Notes: generated from the sequence alone by a model not told the origin. A DNA stretch of 64,000 bases from Octopus sinensis (GCF_006345805.1 NC_043003.1:47616001-47680000); one strand, 5' to 3'; positions 26,071-39,175 are shown, counted from the stretch's first letter. Translations and numbers: made by a program.

Positions 26071-27429
26071 AGAATTAAAAAGGAGGGCTTGGCTGCTGGT
26101 GTGTAAACACAATGCTGAAGTTACACTACTCACAGTTGTTCCTGGACAATGAGCTGGTGTGGTCTCAACTTGTAAGAAATGTCTTTCTGCAGCTCATCTC
26201 TTGCTAGAGCTGCAGTCCTGGGTCAAGAAAAGACCTGGTCCCTACCTGGAATATCATCAGGTGCTCACCACCCTCTACCAGTTTGGCAATGCAGTCAATG
26301 GAAGCTCTACATTTGCAATATATAGAAATCTAGTAGTGGGTAAGAGAGATGATACTCTTCAGGAAACTCTAGGTGTCAACAAGGATGAACTAGTTGACCT
26401 ACCATGGATAACTTCTAGAAATCCCTGACCTGACAGTGCTACTGAAGAGCACCGCCAGTTCAAGATAAACCTTACAGGCATGGAAGCACCACCAGGCAGG
26501 ACTGTCTGAGAGCAATGAGACCATATTGCACACACTTGTACAGTGTCCAAGCATTGCTGACTTGTAGAGTTATGCTAAACAGCTGCTATTGAGTGTAGGA
26601 CGAAGTGACTATTGGCCAAATCCATTCTAAGGATTGCCCCACCACCTATGTTTAACAAGACAGAACAGATAGTGTTTTGTGACTATGGTGAAAGTGGTTG
26701 TGTAGTAGCAAAGCTGAAAGGATTGAGGAAAGACACTTTCTTCCTTGGTCAAGCCTTTGTTGACTTTTTTAATTTTCAACTTGGAAAGGAAAGTGAGGTT
26801 TGAGAAGGAAGTGCTACCTCCCATTGGATTTGTAAAAAAATTGTTAGGGTGGATAGACCTACTCTAAGCATGTGCCTGTAGATTGGAGAACAGCAGTTGG
26901 GCAAGGGCTCATGCCTTTGTTGGTCAGAGTAATCCTGGATTTGTGGAGTTCCTTGATCGGCCCTACTTGGAGTTTCTTTTGTTTCATGAGAACTGCCTTG
27001 TTCATGTCATCACATACTTTGTATAATGATCACATTTCACTATCTTTTCCATTTCTTTCCCCTCATCTTTTATGTAAACCCTAATTGTAGGCTGTCCATA
27101 TGATCCTCTCCTCATCTATGCCACTGTGGTTAATAAAAGAAATCATTATTATTATTAGCAGAATAATTATAAACAGCAAGCTGGCAGAATCACTAAAATG
27201 CTGGATACAATGCTTAGCAAGCATTTCATTTGTCCTTATGTGCTGAGTTCAAATTCCACCGAGGTTGACAATGCTTTTCATCCTTTTGGTGTTGATAAAT
27301 TATGTACCATTTGAACACTGGGGTCACTATAATTGTCTAACCCCTTCCCACCCAAATTCCAAGCCTTGCACCTATAGTAGAAAGTTCAGTAGTACCTTGG
27401 TTTTCGAACAACTCATGAATAGATCATGC

Positions 27430-27467
<38 letters not shown>

Positions 27468-27470
<3 letters not shown>

Positions 27471-27706
27471 TCATCATCATCATTTAACGTCCGTTTTCCG
27501 CGCTAGCACGGGTTGGACGGTTTCGACCGGGGTCTGGGGAGCTCGGGACTGCCCCAGGCTCCAGTCTAGTCTGGCAGTGTTTCTACAGCTGGATGCCCTT
27601 CCTAACGCCAACCACTCCGCGAGTGTAGTGGGTGTTTTTTACGTGCCACCTGCACAGGTGCCAGAGGGGTCTGGCATCGGCCACGTTCGGATGGTGCTTT
27701 TTATAT
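27468..27706 (-). mobile_element. RTE 3' terminal fragment
   Basis: catcatcat tail, then tttaacgtccgttttcc...ggatgcccttcctaacgccaaccactc. Confidence 0.9.
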
Positions 27707-27947
27707 GGGGGGGGGGAGAAATATAGGGGAGCACCAGTGGGGAGGGGTGGTTCAGAGAAATGATGACAGGTTCTAGGCAAGTAGAACGTAGGATATCAAG
27801 AGAGGGGTAATGCATGGTCAAATAGCGTATTGAAGAGGGGGGTTCGAAGAGTAGACACCTATAATGGTGGTGGGAGAAGCGACATCCGGTATAGATGGAG
27901 CAAAAATATAGAGATATCCGGTATTGGTGGTGGGGGTGGGCAAGGGC

Positions 27948-28114
27948 TATGACGGGCTGGCTTAAAATGCTCTTAGCAAAGGAAGAGGGGGGATGGCACA
28001 GACAACGTAAAAGAGGGAGAGAGAGAAGGGAAATAGTGGACCCCGCGAAAATGGGCCGCCATTGAAAAAACCCCTGTATGGAGAAATAATATGCAATACA
28101 AGGCGAAGCTGAAA

Positions 28115-28157
<43 letters not shown>

Positions 28158-28469
28158 GCAAATTTTCGACCGAGGATCAAAGGGACAATACTAATACTAC
28201 TAATAATAGTAATAATAATAAATAATAAACAGCTCAACCACAACATTAGATTAGAAAGACTCTCTTATCTTGGGAACATTTCGTTCTTCGGCCTGACACG
28301 GGAATATGACGGGCTGGCTTAAATGCTCTTAGCAAAGGAAAGGGGGGGATGGCAGACAACGTAAAAGAGGGAGAGAGAGAAGGGAAATAGTGGAACCCCG
28401 AAAAATGGGCCGCCATTGAAAAAAACCCCTGTATGGAGAAATAATATGCAATACAAGGCGAAGCTGAAA

Positions 28470-28524
<55 letters not shown>

Positions 28525-28775
28525 GCAAATTTTCGACCGAGGATCAAAGGGACAATACTAATACTACTAATAATAGTAATAATAATAAATAATAAACAGC
28601 TCAACCACAACATTAGATTAGAAAGACTCTCTTATCTGGGAACATTTCGTTCTTCGGCCTGACACGGGAATATGACGGGCTGGCTTAAATGCTCTTAGCA
28701 AAGGAAGAGGGGGGATGGCAGACAACGTAAAAGAGGGAGAGAGAGAAGGGAAATAGTGGAACCCCGCGAAAATGG
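27948..28775. repeat. Tandem repeat of about 360 bp (about 2.3 copies) containing (AAT)n
   Basis: tatgacgggctggctt starts at 27948, 28305 and 28671. Units are near-identical apart from (AAT)n length and small indels. Confidence 0.95.
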
Positions 28776-29463
28776 ATATATATATATTGATATATATATA
28801 TTGATATAGATATATATAAAGCAGGATTTATTTGTGATCAGAGGCATTCATAAACTGAAGTACTACTGTATTAAATGAATATGAGAAAGACAGGAGATAA
28901 AGCACGATTTATTCGTGATCAGAGTTGTTCGAAAACCGAGATACTACTGTATTATTATTAGGGCAACTGATAATGCTTAATATAATTTAAGATAATGTTT
29001 AATATAATTTAGTCTATATTTTGAATTCAAGTTTCTATGGTGTTCAGTTTGTCTTTCATCTTACTGGAAGGATGGTGGTGGGGAGGATGTAATCAACTGT
29101 TTCCTTATTCCAAAATTTGTTGCCTTGTGCTTAGGTTCCATTCGAAATTCATGACTTAAGGTGGACATAGATATACAGCAATCAGAAAAATATAACCTTC
29201 CCCACCTGCATGTTTCCTGGTTATCTTCCAACCATACCCTGACCTGTCTGGTATGGTTGGCCTTTGGCTTCTCTGTGAGAGTCTTTCATCCATTGTGACG
29301 TTTTATTTTTGATTGCTAGCTGCTTACACACTCTTCTCATACAATAAACTGAAGGGAGAGTTGTCCATGGCTATGAAACAGATTCTGTTGGATTACATGG
29401 TACCAGTAACAGATGGAATTTAACCTAATTATATCATTACTATTGTCATTATTTCAGTTAGGA

Positions 29464-29680
29464 GGACGGCGAGTTGGCAGAATCATTAGTGTGCTGGACG
29501 AAATGCTTAGCAGTATTTCGTCTGCTGCTACGTTCTGAGTTCAAATTCCGCCGAGGTTGACTTTGCCTTTCATACTTTCAGGGTTGATGAATTAAGTACC
29601 AGTGAAACATTGGGGGTCCATGTAATCGACTAGTCCCTTCCCCCAAAATTTCAGGCTTTGTGCCTTTAGTAGAAAGGATT
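29464..29680 (+). mobile_element. Family A SINE with 12-bp target site duplication
   Basis: TTTCAGTTAGGA at 29452-29463 and 29681-29692. Confidence 0.88.
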
Positions 29681-29891
29681 TTTCAGTTAGGATTGAATAT
29701 GCCTTTTATTCATTCAAGGTTAATAAAATATATACCACTTATAATATGGGTTTTGATTGAGTGATCTGTAATATTCTCTTTTAAACATATAAACTTGTAT
29801 CAAAGTGAGAAACTATTATTAACCACATTTTACCACCTTGTCCATTGCATTAATTCTTTTTTTTTTGTTTTTGTTTTTTGTTTATTTACAG

Positions 29892-30482
29892 ATTATCGCT
29901 TGAGGCGCCAGAAAAGACAGCAGATCCGACAGTTGATCGATGCTATTGAAAGCAATGACCTGAACAGTGTCTTCAATCTCTGTAACTCCGTCCTTGATAT
30001 AAACTTCCCTTATCGTAGAAAAACCCCACTTGAGGTGGCCGTTGAACTGGGTCATGTCCAGATCTGTTGTGCACTTCTTCAGAAAGGAGCAGATGTCAAC
30101 CGCTGTAACCAGGGTCTTAACAACTTACTGAACATAGCCTGTCAGAAAGGTTATATCAAAGTAGCTGAAGTGCTCATCATGAACTCTGCGGACATAGACA
30201 GTCGAAATGAGCATGGTGCTACTCCTCTACATTCGGCTGTCTTGAATGGTTTTGTGGAGGTAGCTAGCATGCTGCTCAACAATGGTTGCGATGTGGATAT
30301 CCCAAATGACCAGGTGGAAACACCATTGATGACAGCAGTTCGAACGAACAACCATCAGATGGTGGATCTTTTGTTGAATCACAACTGCCTTGTTGATGCT
30401 CATAATTTCCAGATGATTACAGCACTGATGATAGCGACTGGCTGCGGATATCTTGATATTGTGGGTCGCCTTCTCATTGGAG
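29892..30482 (+). CDS. ASB-like exon 2 (about 6 ankyrin repeats)
   Basis: Long polypyrimidine tract with tttacag acceptor; donor GAG|gtatgt. Peptide DYRLRRQKR...KTPLEVAVELGH...GADVN...GATPLHSA...RLLIG. Confidence 0.95.
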
Positions 30483-32878
30483 GTATGTTTTTCAGTTAGA
30501 AGAATGCAGGAACATCTGACAAGCTTATATTTTGTATATGACAAGGTTATATATTGAACCAACTCCTGACTAGCAGGAGTTAGCTTAGTTTGATTTTTGA
30601 TGAATAAATGAAACACATTCGATGGGAAATTAAGGTTATGAGCTGTTGACCCCTCAGTACTCTCTGTTTCATTTTTTGTTTCTTTTTTCTCATGGGTTTT
30701 TGAATAAAACTGAAACATATTGAGTATAAAGTTAAGGTGTTTATACAACTGGCCCCTTGAATAAAAGTTTAAATTTTGCTAGTGCAGCAACTATACTTTG
30801 CTTCCAAATGTTCCACTTTTTGTGGGTTTTTTGTTTTTGCTTTTGGCTAACACTGAAGGTATATATTACTCTGCAGGCCCCTTGGTCTAGAGTTCAAAAC
30901 CTTGCTATTACAACTATTATACTGTGTTTCATAGTGGTTTACTTTTTGTATTTCTGTCATTGCTTATGTTTTTTTGGTTGTCACTAAAGCAATTTGATTT
31001 GGATAGAGGTGTAACAGCCAAGTGGATAAGGTATTGCACTACCTACATAGAGGTTATGAGTTCAAACCCACTGCAAGTAGAATGTATTTTATGGTAGAAC
31101 TTTTTATTCTACAGTGTCTCATTTCATTTAGCCATCATTAGAAATAGGTAGCTAGTCATTTGGGAATGTAACCTGTTTTAGGCTGGTAACATATATAGTA
31201 AGAGTATTATCATTTATCCACCTTATCTTATGTAAATTGCCCTTAAAAGTTTCCTTGGGTTTAAGGAGGGTGGCATTTAGATGATGACCTTATATTACAT
31301 TTATTTGACTGTAAGGTCAATATGATTTACTATTGACCACATTGTTAAGTGTAGGAATTTTATTGCTGTTCTCATTGTGGTACCTCTTAGGTAAGATGTT
31401 TCTTTACATACTCCAGTCTGTCTGATGATTATGCTGTTGATGTTGCTACCTTTTGTTTAACCCCAAATCATTCTTTATTGAGCAAACATATAATCAAAGA
31501 CATTCCAGCCGTGTCCTTGACTTTCATGTACAAGGTATGCAGGACTGCACTGTCTAAAGTGTCTTTTCTTTTATTTTTTTTTCAAAGAGAGAGTGAGATG
31601 TTAGTGTTTTTAGGGATATCTGGTTTTCTATTTCTGGTAGGTTGAGTAATTGCATAGAGGCGTCCTCATTAGCTTGCTGTTGATGATGATATGTGTGTAC
31701 ATGAAAAGTATTGAACCAATAGCCATATGGTTTAAACCTAAATACTGTAGCCATTATTTGTGCTTATTGGTCATAAGCACTTGACTACTCATCAGCGAAA
31801 TAATAGTACTATAGTTAGATATCCATCCATTTAACTGTGAAGTGAGAATGCTACAGCTGGATGCCTGGTCTCTCTTGCATTGGATTAGCTATTTCTTTGT
31901 TATAGATCTATACTCATTCAGAATTAACTGGAGCTTTTTGTATTTTGTGAGTCCAAAAATAGAGTGACGCCTATGGTCTTTTCTTAAAACAAATAACAGT
32001 AACTCACCACAAGGCAAGCACACAGCAGGTGAGATCTTCAGAAGAACTCCCAACTGATAAGTGTTTTGGTCCTTATACCTGACACTCTTTGGGAGCCAGG
32101 CCCACCCAGGTCATGACTCTTAGGTGTCCTCCTGCTGCTTTCCAAAATCCTGTCTCCAGTGGGATTTGAGCCTGGGTTGTTCTTTTTGTGAACTTGTGTT
32201 ATAGCCCACTAGGCCACTCTGACTGACGAAGGAACCAGTTCTCGTCTTCCTTATATTCCTGTAAATAGCCAATGGAATCCATAACTAGGTCTATTAGTCA
32301 TTTCTCTTTACTCACATCTACATTAAACACTTTTCAGCAACATCAGACAAACTTTTGATTGTGGCAGTTCTTATAAACTATTTGAGATTTCTGTGGGTTA
32401 ATTAGTTGGAGAAAACAAATAATGGAAAATGAATTCCAAAGACATAGTTGAGTATTGTATGGAGAATTGAAAACTTATTGATCATAGACAATATTTTAGT
32501 CAAGATTCCTTTTAATGGAGATCAGCAGAAATGTAGTATTAAACTATGCAACTTTACATTTTGAATTTAAAATCTGTTAGGATTGGCTTTGTTTTTCATC
32601 CTTCTAGTTGTTGGGAAATTAACATATTTATGTATAAGTTGCATCCCTAATTTAATATTAAATCTTGGTACAAAATGTTTTCTGTTTTTAGGTATAGTGT
32701 TACCTTAATTATTTTTGCCAGTTCAAAATCAAGTATAAAATAATGCAACTTATACATGAGAAAATATGATAATTTCCAATTATATACTGAGATTTGATTA
32801 TATTGACTACTTGTCCTTTAAAACTTTGTACTAGTATAGGAGAAATTAATATTGCTGGTTATGATTTGACTGTTACAG

Positions 32879-33025
32879 GAGCAGATATTAACCGAAGGGA
32901 CCGCTATGGCTGTACAGCTTTGTTTTATGCTGTGTCTGAGGGTTACCGAGATGTTGTAAAACTGTTATTGTCATCAGGTTCTGATGCCGATATTAAGACC
33001 GTCAAGAAGCTCACATGTTTGACTG
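32879..33025 (+). CDS. ASB-like exon 3
   Basis: gttacag acceptor and CTG|gtaagt donor, phase 1-1. Peptide GADINRRDRYGCTALFYAVSEGYRDVVKLLLSSGSDADIKTVKKLTCLT. Confidence 0.95.
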
Positions 33026-34406
33026 GTAAGTTTACACCATTTTATTAGAATACCTCTCTCTCTCTCTTACACACATACACACATTTATTTATTTATTTAT
33101 TGCAGATGTGAGATGTCATGTTATTGGGCTTTCTGCTCATAAATAATGAACTGAAATCTACTGTAAGATTATCATTTCAAGGCAGAATACATTGCTCTAT
33201 GTTGCTGTAATTTGTGTTATTGTCGTCATCATCACCATCATCATTGTTTTAACCTCTACTTTTCCATGCTTGCATAGATCAGACAAGACTATGTTGAGGT
33301 AGTTTTCTATGGCTGCATGCCAAACCTCACCTATTTCCAAGTAAAGTAATAACCTCCAGTCTGTCAAACTGTGTATAACCCAGACATGGTTATGCTGAAG
33401 AGTGGAAGACTATGACACCATTTGAGTGAGCCTTTTGTTTGCATTCAGTGAATGCACATGGAAACGAGGGGAAATATGAACTCGTTCATGCATATGCAAA
33501 CATGCAGACATACCTCAACTTCTGTCTTTTTGAGTTACATCTTTTTCAACATTTTTTTAAAAGTAATAAATGGAAAAAATAAAACACAATTTCAGTCATT
33601 TTATCCAACATTTACGTCACTCTCAGCAAACATACAGGCACTGTATGGTAAGAAATTTGCTTCCCAACCACATGGTTCTGGGTTCATTTCCATTGCATAA
33701 TACCTTGGGCGAGTGTCTTCTACTATAGCTCTGGGCTGACCCAAAGCTTGTAACAAATTTGGCAGATGGTACCTGAAAGAAGCTCATGATATATATGTAT
33801 ATATCATCATCATTATTGCTTAATGTCTGGCTTCCATGCTGGCATGGGTGGGACGGTTTGACAGGAGCCGGCCAGGCAGAAGTCTGCACCAGACTTTTGC
33901 AGGATTTTTACAGCTGGATGCCCTTCCTAACACCAACCACTCAGCAGAGTTGATTTAATGCTTTTTATGTGGCACAGGCAAAGGTGAGGTCAGTTTTGGC
34001 ATGGTTTTTACAGCTGGATGCCCTTCGAAATGCCAACCACTATACAGTGTGGATTGGGTGCTTTTAAGTAACACCTGCACTATATATATGTATATGTGCA
34101 TGTGTGTGTTTTTGTGTAAGTGTTTGTCCCCCACCCCTACTTGGCAACAGGTGTTGGTTTGCCTATTTCCCCGTAACTTAGCAGTTCAGCAAAACAGAGA
34201 AATAGAATGCATACTAAACTTATAAAATAAGCACTGCAGTTGATTTATTTGACTAAACCCTTCAAGGTGGTGCTCCAGCATGGCTGCAACCCAATGATGA
34301 ACATGTTAAAGGTGAAAGATAAAAGATATTCAAAAATATAAAAATTTTTTAAAAATCTAAAAACCAATACCAAAGTGGAAAATCAAATAAAATACATGTG
34401 AAAATA

Positions 34407-34623
34407 TACTCTTTACTCTTTTACTTGTTTCAGTCATTTGACTGTGGCCATGCTGGAGCACTGCCTTTAGTTGAGCAAATTGACCTCAGGACTTATTCTT
34501 TGTAAGCCTAGTATTTATTCTATCAGTCTGTTTTGCCGAACCACTAAGTTACGGAGACATAAACACACCAGCATCGGTTGTCAAGCGATGATGGGTTGGA
34601 CAAACACAGACACACAAACATAT

Positions 34624-34656
<33 letters not shown>

Positions 34657-34825
34657 CAATGGGCTTCTTTCAGTTTCCCTCTACCAAATCCATTCACAAG
34701 GCTTTGGTCGGCCTGAAGCTGAGGCTATAGTAGAAAACACTTGCCCAAGGTGCCATGCAGTGGGACTGAACCCGGAACCATGTGGTTCGCAAGCAAGCTA
34801 CTTACCACACAGCCACTCCGACGCC
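34407..34825 (-). mobile_element. Full-length family B SINE with internal (TA)/(TG) microsatellite
   Basis: Minus strand reads ggcgtcggagtggctgtgtggtaag...ccgggttcagtcccactg...cttgggcaagtg...microsatellite...gctccagcatggccacagtcaaatgactgaaacaagtaaaagagtaaagag. Confidence 0.88.
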
Positions 34826-34959
34826 TATGTGTTCAGACCATTTATTAAAACAGACATAAGCTAATAAATTTTGTAAAATATTTTTTTCTTGTTGCATCAT
34901 TTTGCAAGTAGAGTTGCATGCCTTGGAACCAATCATTGATGAAATTGACATCATCGTCG

Positions 34960-34962
34960 TTG

Positions 34963-34993
<31 letters not shown>

Positions 34994-35450
34994 AGTTTAA
35001 TGTCTGCCTTCAATGTATGCATGGTTTGGATGGTTTGACAGGAGTCAGTCAGGTAGAAAACTACACCAGTCTTCTATGTCTGATTTGGTATGGTTTCTAT
35101 GACTGGATGCCCTTCCTAAAACCAACCACCCCATAGAGTGGACCGAGTGCTTTTTACATGGCACTAGCACAAGCAAGATCAGTTTTGGCATGGTTTTTAC
35201 AGCTGGATGCCTTTCCAAATGCCTACCACTTCACAGTGTGGACTAGATGCTTTTTATGTGGCACCAGCACAGGCAGGGTCACCATGTAACTTGTAAGGCA
35301 AGGAATTTTTGAGAGGGGAGGGGGAATTAGAGGAAGTGATCTTGTGTCAGATGATGAAAGGTTAGAGTGTGACAGAGAGTCAGAGTGGCAGAAATAGGTG
35401 TCTTGCTGTAGAGGAGGTACCTGGCCAGAGAAAGAGAGAGATAAGTGTAT
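34960..35450 (-). mobile_element. RTE-type 3' end (a similar variant at 33803-34080)
   Basis: (CAT)n tail on the + strand and a duplicated ctggatgcccttcc...aacc motif. Confidence 0.75.
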
Positions 35451-36036
35451 ACAGGCTTCTTCAGTTTCTGCCTACCAGTTTCACTTTCAGGGTATTGGTC
35501 AACTGTTGGTTATAGAACAGGACGCCAGCCAACAGTGTCCTCTCTGTGAGACCCCTGTCTGCATGGTCCCAAAGTAAACTTCTTAACCACAGTCTAGGGC
35601 AGTGGAATGGCAGTGATATTAAAGTGCAGAATTAAATGCCAGATGCCATTCAGTTATGTTTCTCATTGTTTTGAATTCCAATCATGTTGAAGTTACCATT
35701 ACTTTCCATTCCTCCAAGGTCGGCAGCAAAATTAGCCATTGAGTCAATCGACTATCCATGCTCTTCTAATCCCTCTATATCCAGAGTGAATGCTAGAAAT
35801 CAGTAGTAGATACATATTTATTACATGGTTGGTGTTAGAAAGGGCATCCAGCTGTAGAAGCCATGTGAAAACTGACATGGAGCTTGGGCAGCTCTTCAGC
35901 TGGCCAACCCATGCCAACATGGAAAATGGATGTTAAATAATGATGATGTTGGTGATGATGATAATGATGATAGATACTGCATATTGTGTGTTTTATTTTC
36001 TGTTATTTAAAGTTTCATGTTTAATTATCTTTGCAG

Positions 36037-36150
36037 AAGCCATCAGAAAGAATCATATAGACGTTGCAATGTGTCTGCTAGATTACGGATGTAATGTCAA
36101 CATGTGTGACCGCCAGGGAGCCAGTCCGATCCTTGTAGCAATCAGCCAAT
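36037..36150 (+). CDS. ASB-like exon 4
   Basis: ctttgcag acceptor and AAT|gtaagt donor, phase 1-1. Peptide EAIRKNHIDVAMCLLDYGCNVNMCDRQGASPILVAISQ. Confidence 0.95.
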
Positions 36151-36849
36151 GTAAGTAGAAGTCTCAATACCTTCATACATGTATATCACCATTTAATGTC
36201 CACCTTCCATGCTGGCATGGGTGGGATGGTTTGACAGGAGCCAGCCAGGCAGAAGCCTGCACTAGACATCTGTGAATGTTTTGTGTAGGCTTCTGCCTAG
36301 CTGGCTCCTGTCAAACCATCCACCCATGCCAGCATGGAAGCATATCATTATAATGATTGTTTTATGTCCATTTTACTATGCTGGCATGAGTTGGATGGGT
36401 CTCACAGTTTCTTGGCTCTTGTTATGATCTGTTTAACAACAGTTTAATGGCATACATTAAACTGTTGTTTAATATGTCATGTTTTTCCTTTTGGCATTGT
36501 TTTAACAATGGGATGCCCTTTCTTCCTATCAAAAACCACATAATATGTGTGTGTACCTTTTCTACTCTTTGTGAATAATTGTATATTTCTAAGTCTCATT
36601 TGTGTTGGAGTCAAGGTGGGACAGCTGCTGTGCCGATGATGTGTATTGAGGAAGAAATGTTTTGTTTATAGCTGTTTTCTTGTCTCCAGAAAATCAGACT
36701 TGTTCTTTAACCACATAGCCCTCACTGTACCTACACACGCCAGTACTCCTCCTCCTCCCCACATACATAACATTCACTAATCAGGAGAAGGCCTTTGACC
36801 TAATACCACATTTTTTTTATATGGTTTGAAGACTAGATATAGATGAATG

Positions 36850-37330
36850 GCTTGTTAGAACTCTGCAAGCTATGTATAGACATTGCTAACAATATGAAAG
36901 TTAGCAGTAAGTTCAGTAAAGAATTTAATTTGTAGGTCAGTGTCCATTAAGGCCCAGTTCTTAGCATCTATCTATTCATTTTAGCTCTCCATGCCATAAC
37001 AAAGAAGTTTAAGGCTGGCTGTTTGTTGTAACTTCTGTATGCCAATGACCTAGTTCTAATAGATTTAGAAATTTCAAACATGGAAGCAAAGCTTTGAGTT
37101 GATATGCTTCAAAGTAAACTCAACCAAGACAAAAGCCATAGCAGAAAAGAAGACAGCACTTTGCCACCATCTGTGAAGCAGCCTTGTTGATATGCCAAAA
37201 AAGAATACACAGGAATTTCATGGGCACATAAGAAATGTAGTGGGACCATAGGCAGACTGACAGAAAATGAAGGTTGCTTATAAGTTGGATGAAGAGGAGT
37301 ACTTCACAGGGCACTCCTGAAATATATTGT
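36850..37330 (+). mobile_element. Degraded RTE reverse transcriptase fragment
   Basis: Broken translations SKEFNL*VSVH*GPVLS and LLYANDLVL, homologous to 23560-23760. Confidence 0.7.
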
Positions 37331-38500
37331 GGCCTTAGGTAAATATCAGCATCATCATTATCATCATTTAATGTTCATTTGCTATGCTGGCATGGGTTGG
37401 ATAGTTTGACTGGGGATTGGCAAACCAGGAGGCCGCACCAGGCTCTAATCTGATCTGGCAATGTTTCTACAGCTGGATGCCCTTCCTAATGCAAACCATT
37501 CTGAGAGTGTAGTGGGTGCTTTTTTCATACCACCAGCATGGGAGCCAGTCAGGCAGCGCTGGCATTGGCCACATTCATATGGTGCTTTTTACATGTCACT
37601 GGCACTGGGAGCCAATGAAAATATTATTGTTTCTTCAGTTAGTGGCTGAAACTAGAAAGAAATTAAATGCCTTGCAATATTTAGTTAAGTACCTTTATTT
37701 TACCATCTCTCAATATAAGAAACTATTACTATCAAGTCATTAAAAGTATAGAACTAGAAGAGGGCTTAACAGACTGGTTTGCTGTATAAAGTCATGTTCT
37801 TTTGCATTGCTTCCTCTGAGTTCAAATAGGGTTAATTAAATATGTACCAGTAATATGCTGTCCCTTCTTTATACAAATTGGCCTTTTTCCTAGTCTAAAG
37901 AAATCATCAGTATTGATTCTATTAGTTTTGCTTTTCATCATGTGTGGAATTGCCAGTGTTGAAAAAATTCAATACCTTGTGGTATTTGTTCCAGCCCTTT
38001 ATTATGTTCTGTGTCCAAATACCACTATGGTCAACATTGCTTTTCATCAACTACCCACCACCATCTTTCTCCAAATTCCTGGCCTTATGTCTATGTTAGA
38101 AACAATTATTTTTGCATTTCATCTTGTTGATGTGAATAAAAATATTTTCTGCAATTGATTCAATCAGTTATACTCCTCAATAATTTGTGGCTTTAAGTTT
38201 ATTTTCAAAATTATTACTGTTTATCCTGAAAGTAATTGAAATGATAGAGAGACAGACTAAATGCCTTGCTAAATGCCTTTAGATATATACTTTTACATTT
38301 TTAAATCAAACGCTGTTGAGATCAACTTTGCCCTTTATTCTATTGAGATCAATAAAATAAATACCAACCAAGTACTGGGGCAATTAATCAGTTATACCCT
38401 TCCCCAAATTTATTGTTTTATGCATGTGTTAGAAAGCATCATTATTATCATCATCATCATTATTTCTATTATTAATAAAAATCACTCTATTACACTTCAG

Positions 38501-38635
38501 TGACAGTTTATTTTGGCCAACAAGAAAACCCTCGGTCATTAGTGAACAGGTTCATTGAACTGAAATGTGATGTTAATCTTGCTGACAGCTCAGGAATTCG
38601 GCCACTCTATCAGAGTGCTATGGGCGGAGATTTTG
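38501..38635 (+). CDS. ASB-like exon 5
   Basis: cacttcag acceptor (a second in-frame AG ends at 38506) and TTG|gtgagt donor, phase 1-1. Peptide LTVYFGQQENPRSLVNRFIELKCDVNLADSSGIRPLYQSAMGGDF. Confidence 0.88.
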
Positions 38636-39101
38636 GTGAGTATGTTCCTTTAGCGGTATTACTATCGTCATCATCATTGTTTAACATCTGCTTTCCATGC
38701 TGACATGTGTTGGACGATTTGACTGAGGACTGGCGAACCAGATGGCTGCACCAGGCTCCAATCTGATCTGGCACTCCGAGAGTGCAGTGGATGTTTTTAT
38801 GTGCTACCGGCAGTACTGGCAAGGGCCATGCTCAAATTGTGATTTTTACATGCCACCTGCACAGGAGCCAGTCCAGCAGCACTGGCAACGACCTCGCTCG
38901 AATATTTTTTCACATACTTGGCAGAAGTGCCAGGAAGGTGATGCTGGTAATGATCACACTCGAATGGCAACGATCATGCTCAGATGGTGCTCTTAGCACT
39001 CCACTAGCACGGATGCCAGAATTTCAGTCACCCTTGTTGTACTTACACACTATAGTGTTTGAAAGAAATGCGCGTGTGTGTGTATATATATATATATATA
39101 T

Positions 39102-39175
<74 letters not shown>

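Larger units (their letters stand above)
27387..28949. mobile_element. pogo/Tigger-like MITE split by nested insertions
   Basis: Left end CAGTAGTACCTTGGTTTTCGAACAACTC (27387) is the reverse complement of GAGTTGTTCGAAAACCGAGATACTACTG-TA (ends 28949). A second, more decayed right end finishes at 28868. Confidence 0.7.

Noticed and set aside
26100-27050. Possible L1/Tx1-like remnant on the minus strand
   Set aside because: Composition suggests decayed coding DNA, but I could not read a convincing motif, so it is left unannotated.
28160-28300. Possible HDV-like or hammerhead ribozyme in the 360-bp tandem unit (minus-strand GATCCTCGGTC; CCGAAGAACGAAA)
   Set aside because: I could not build P1/P1.1 for HDV or a stem II for a hammerhead.
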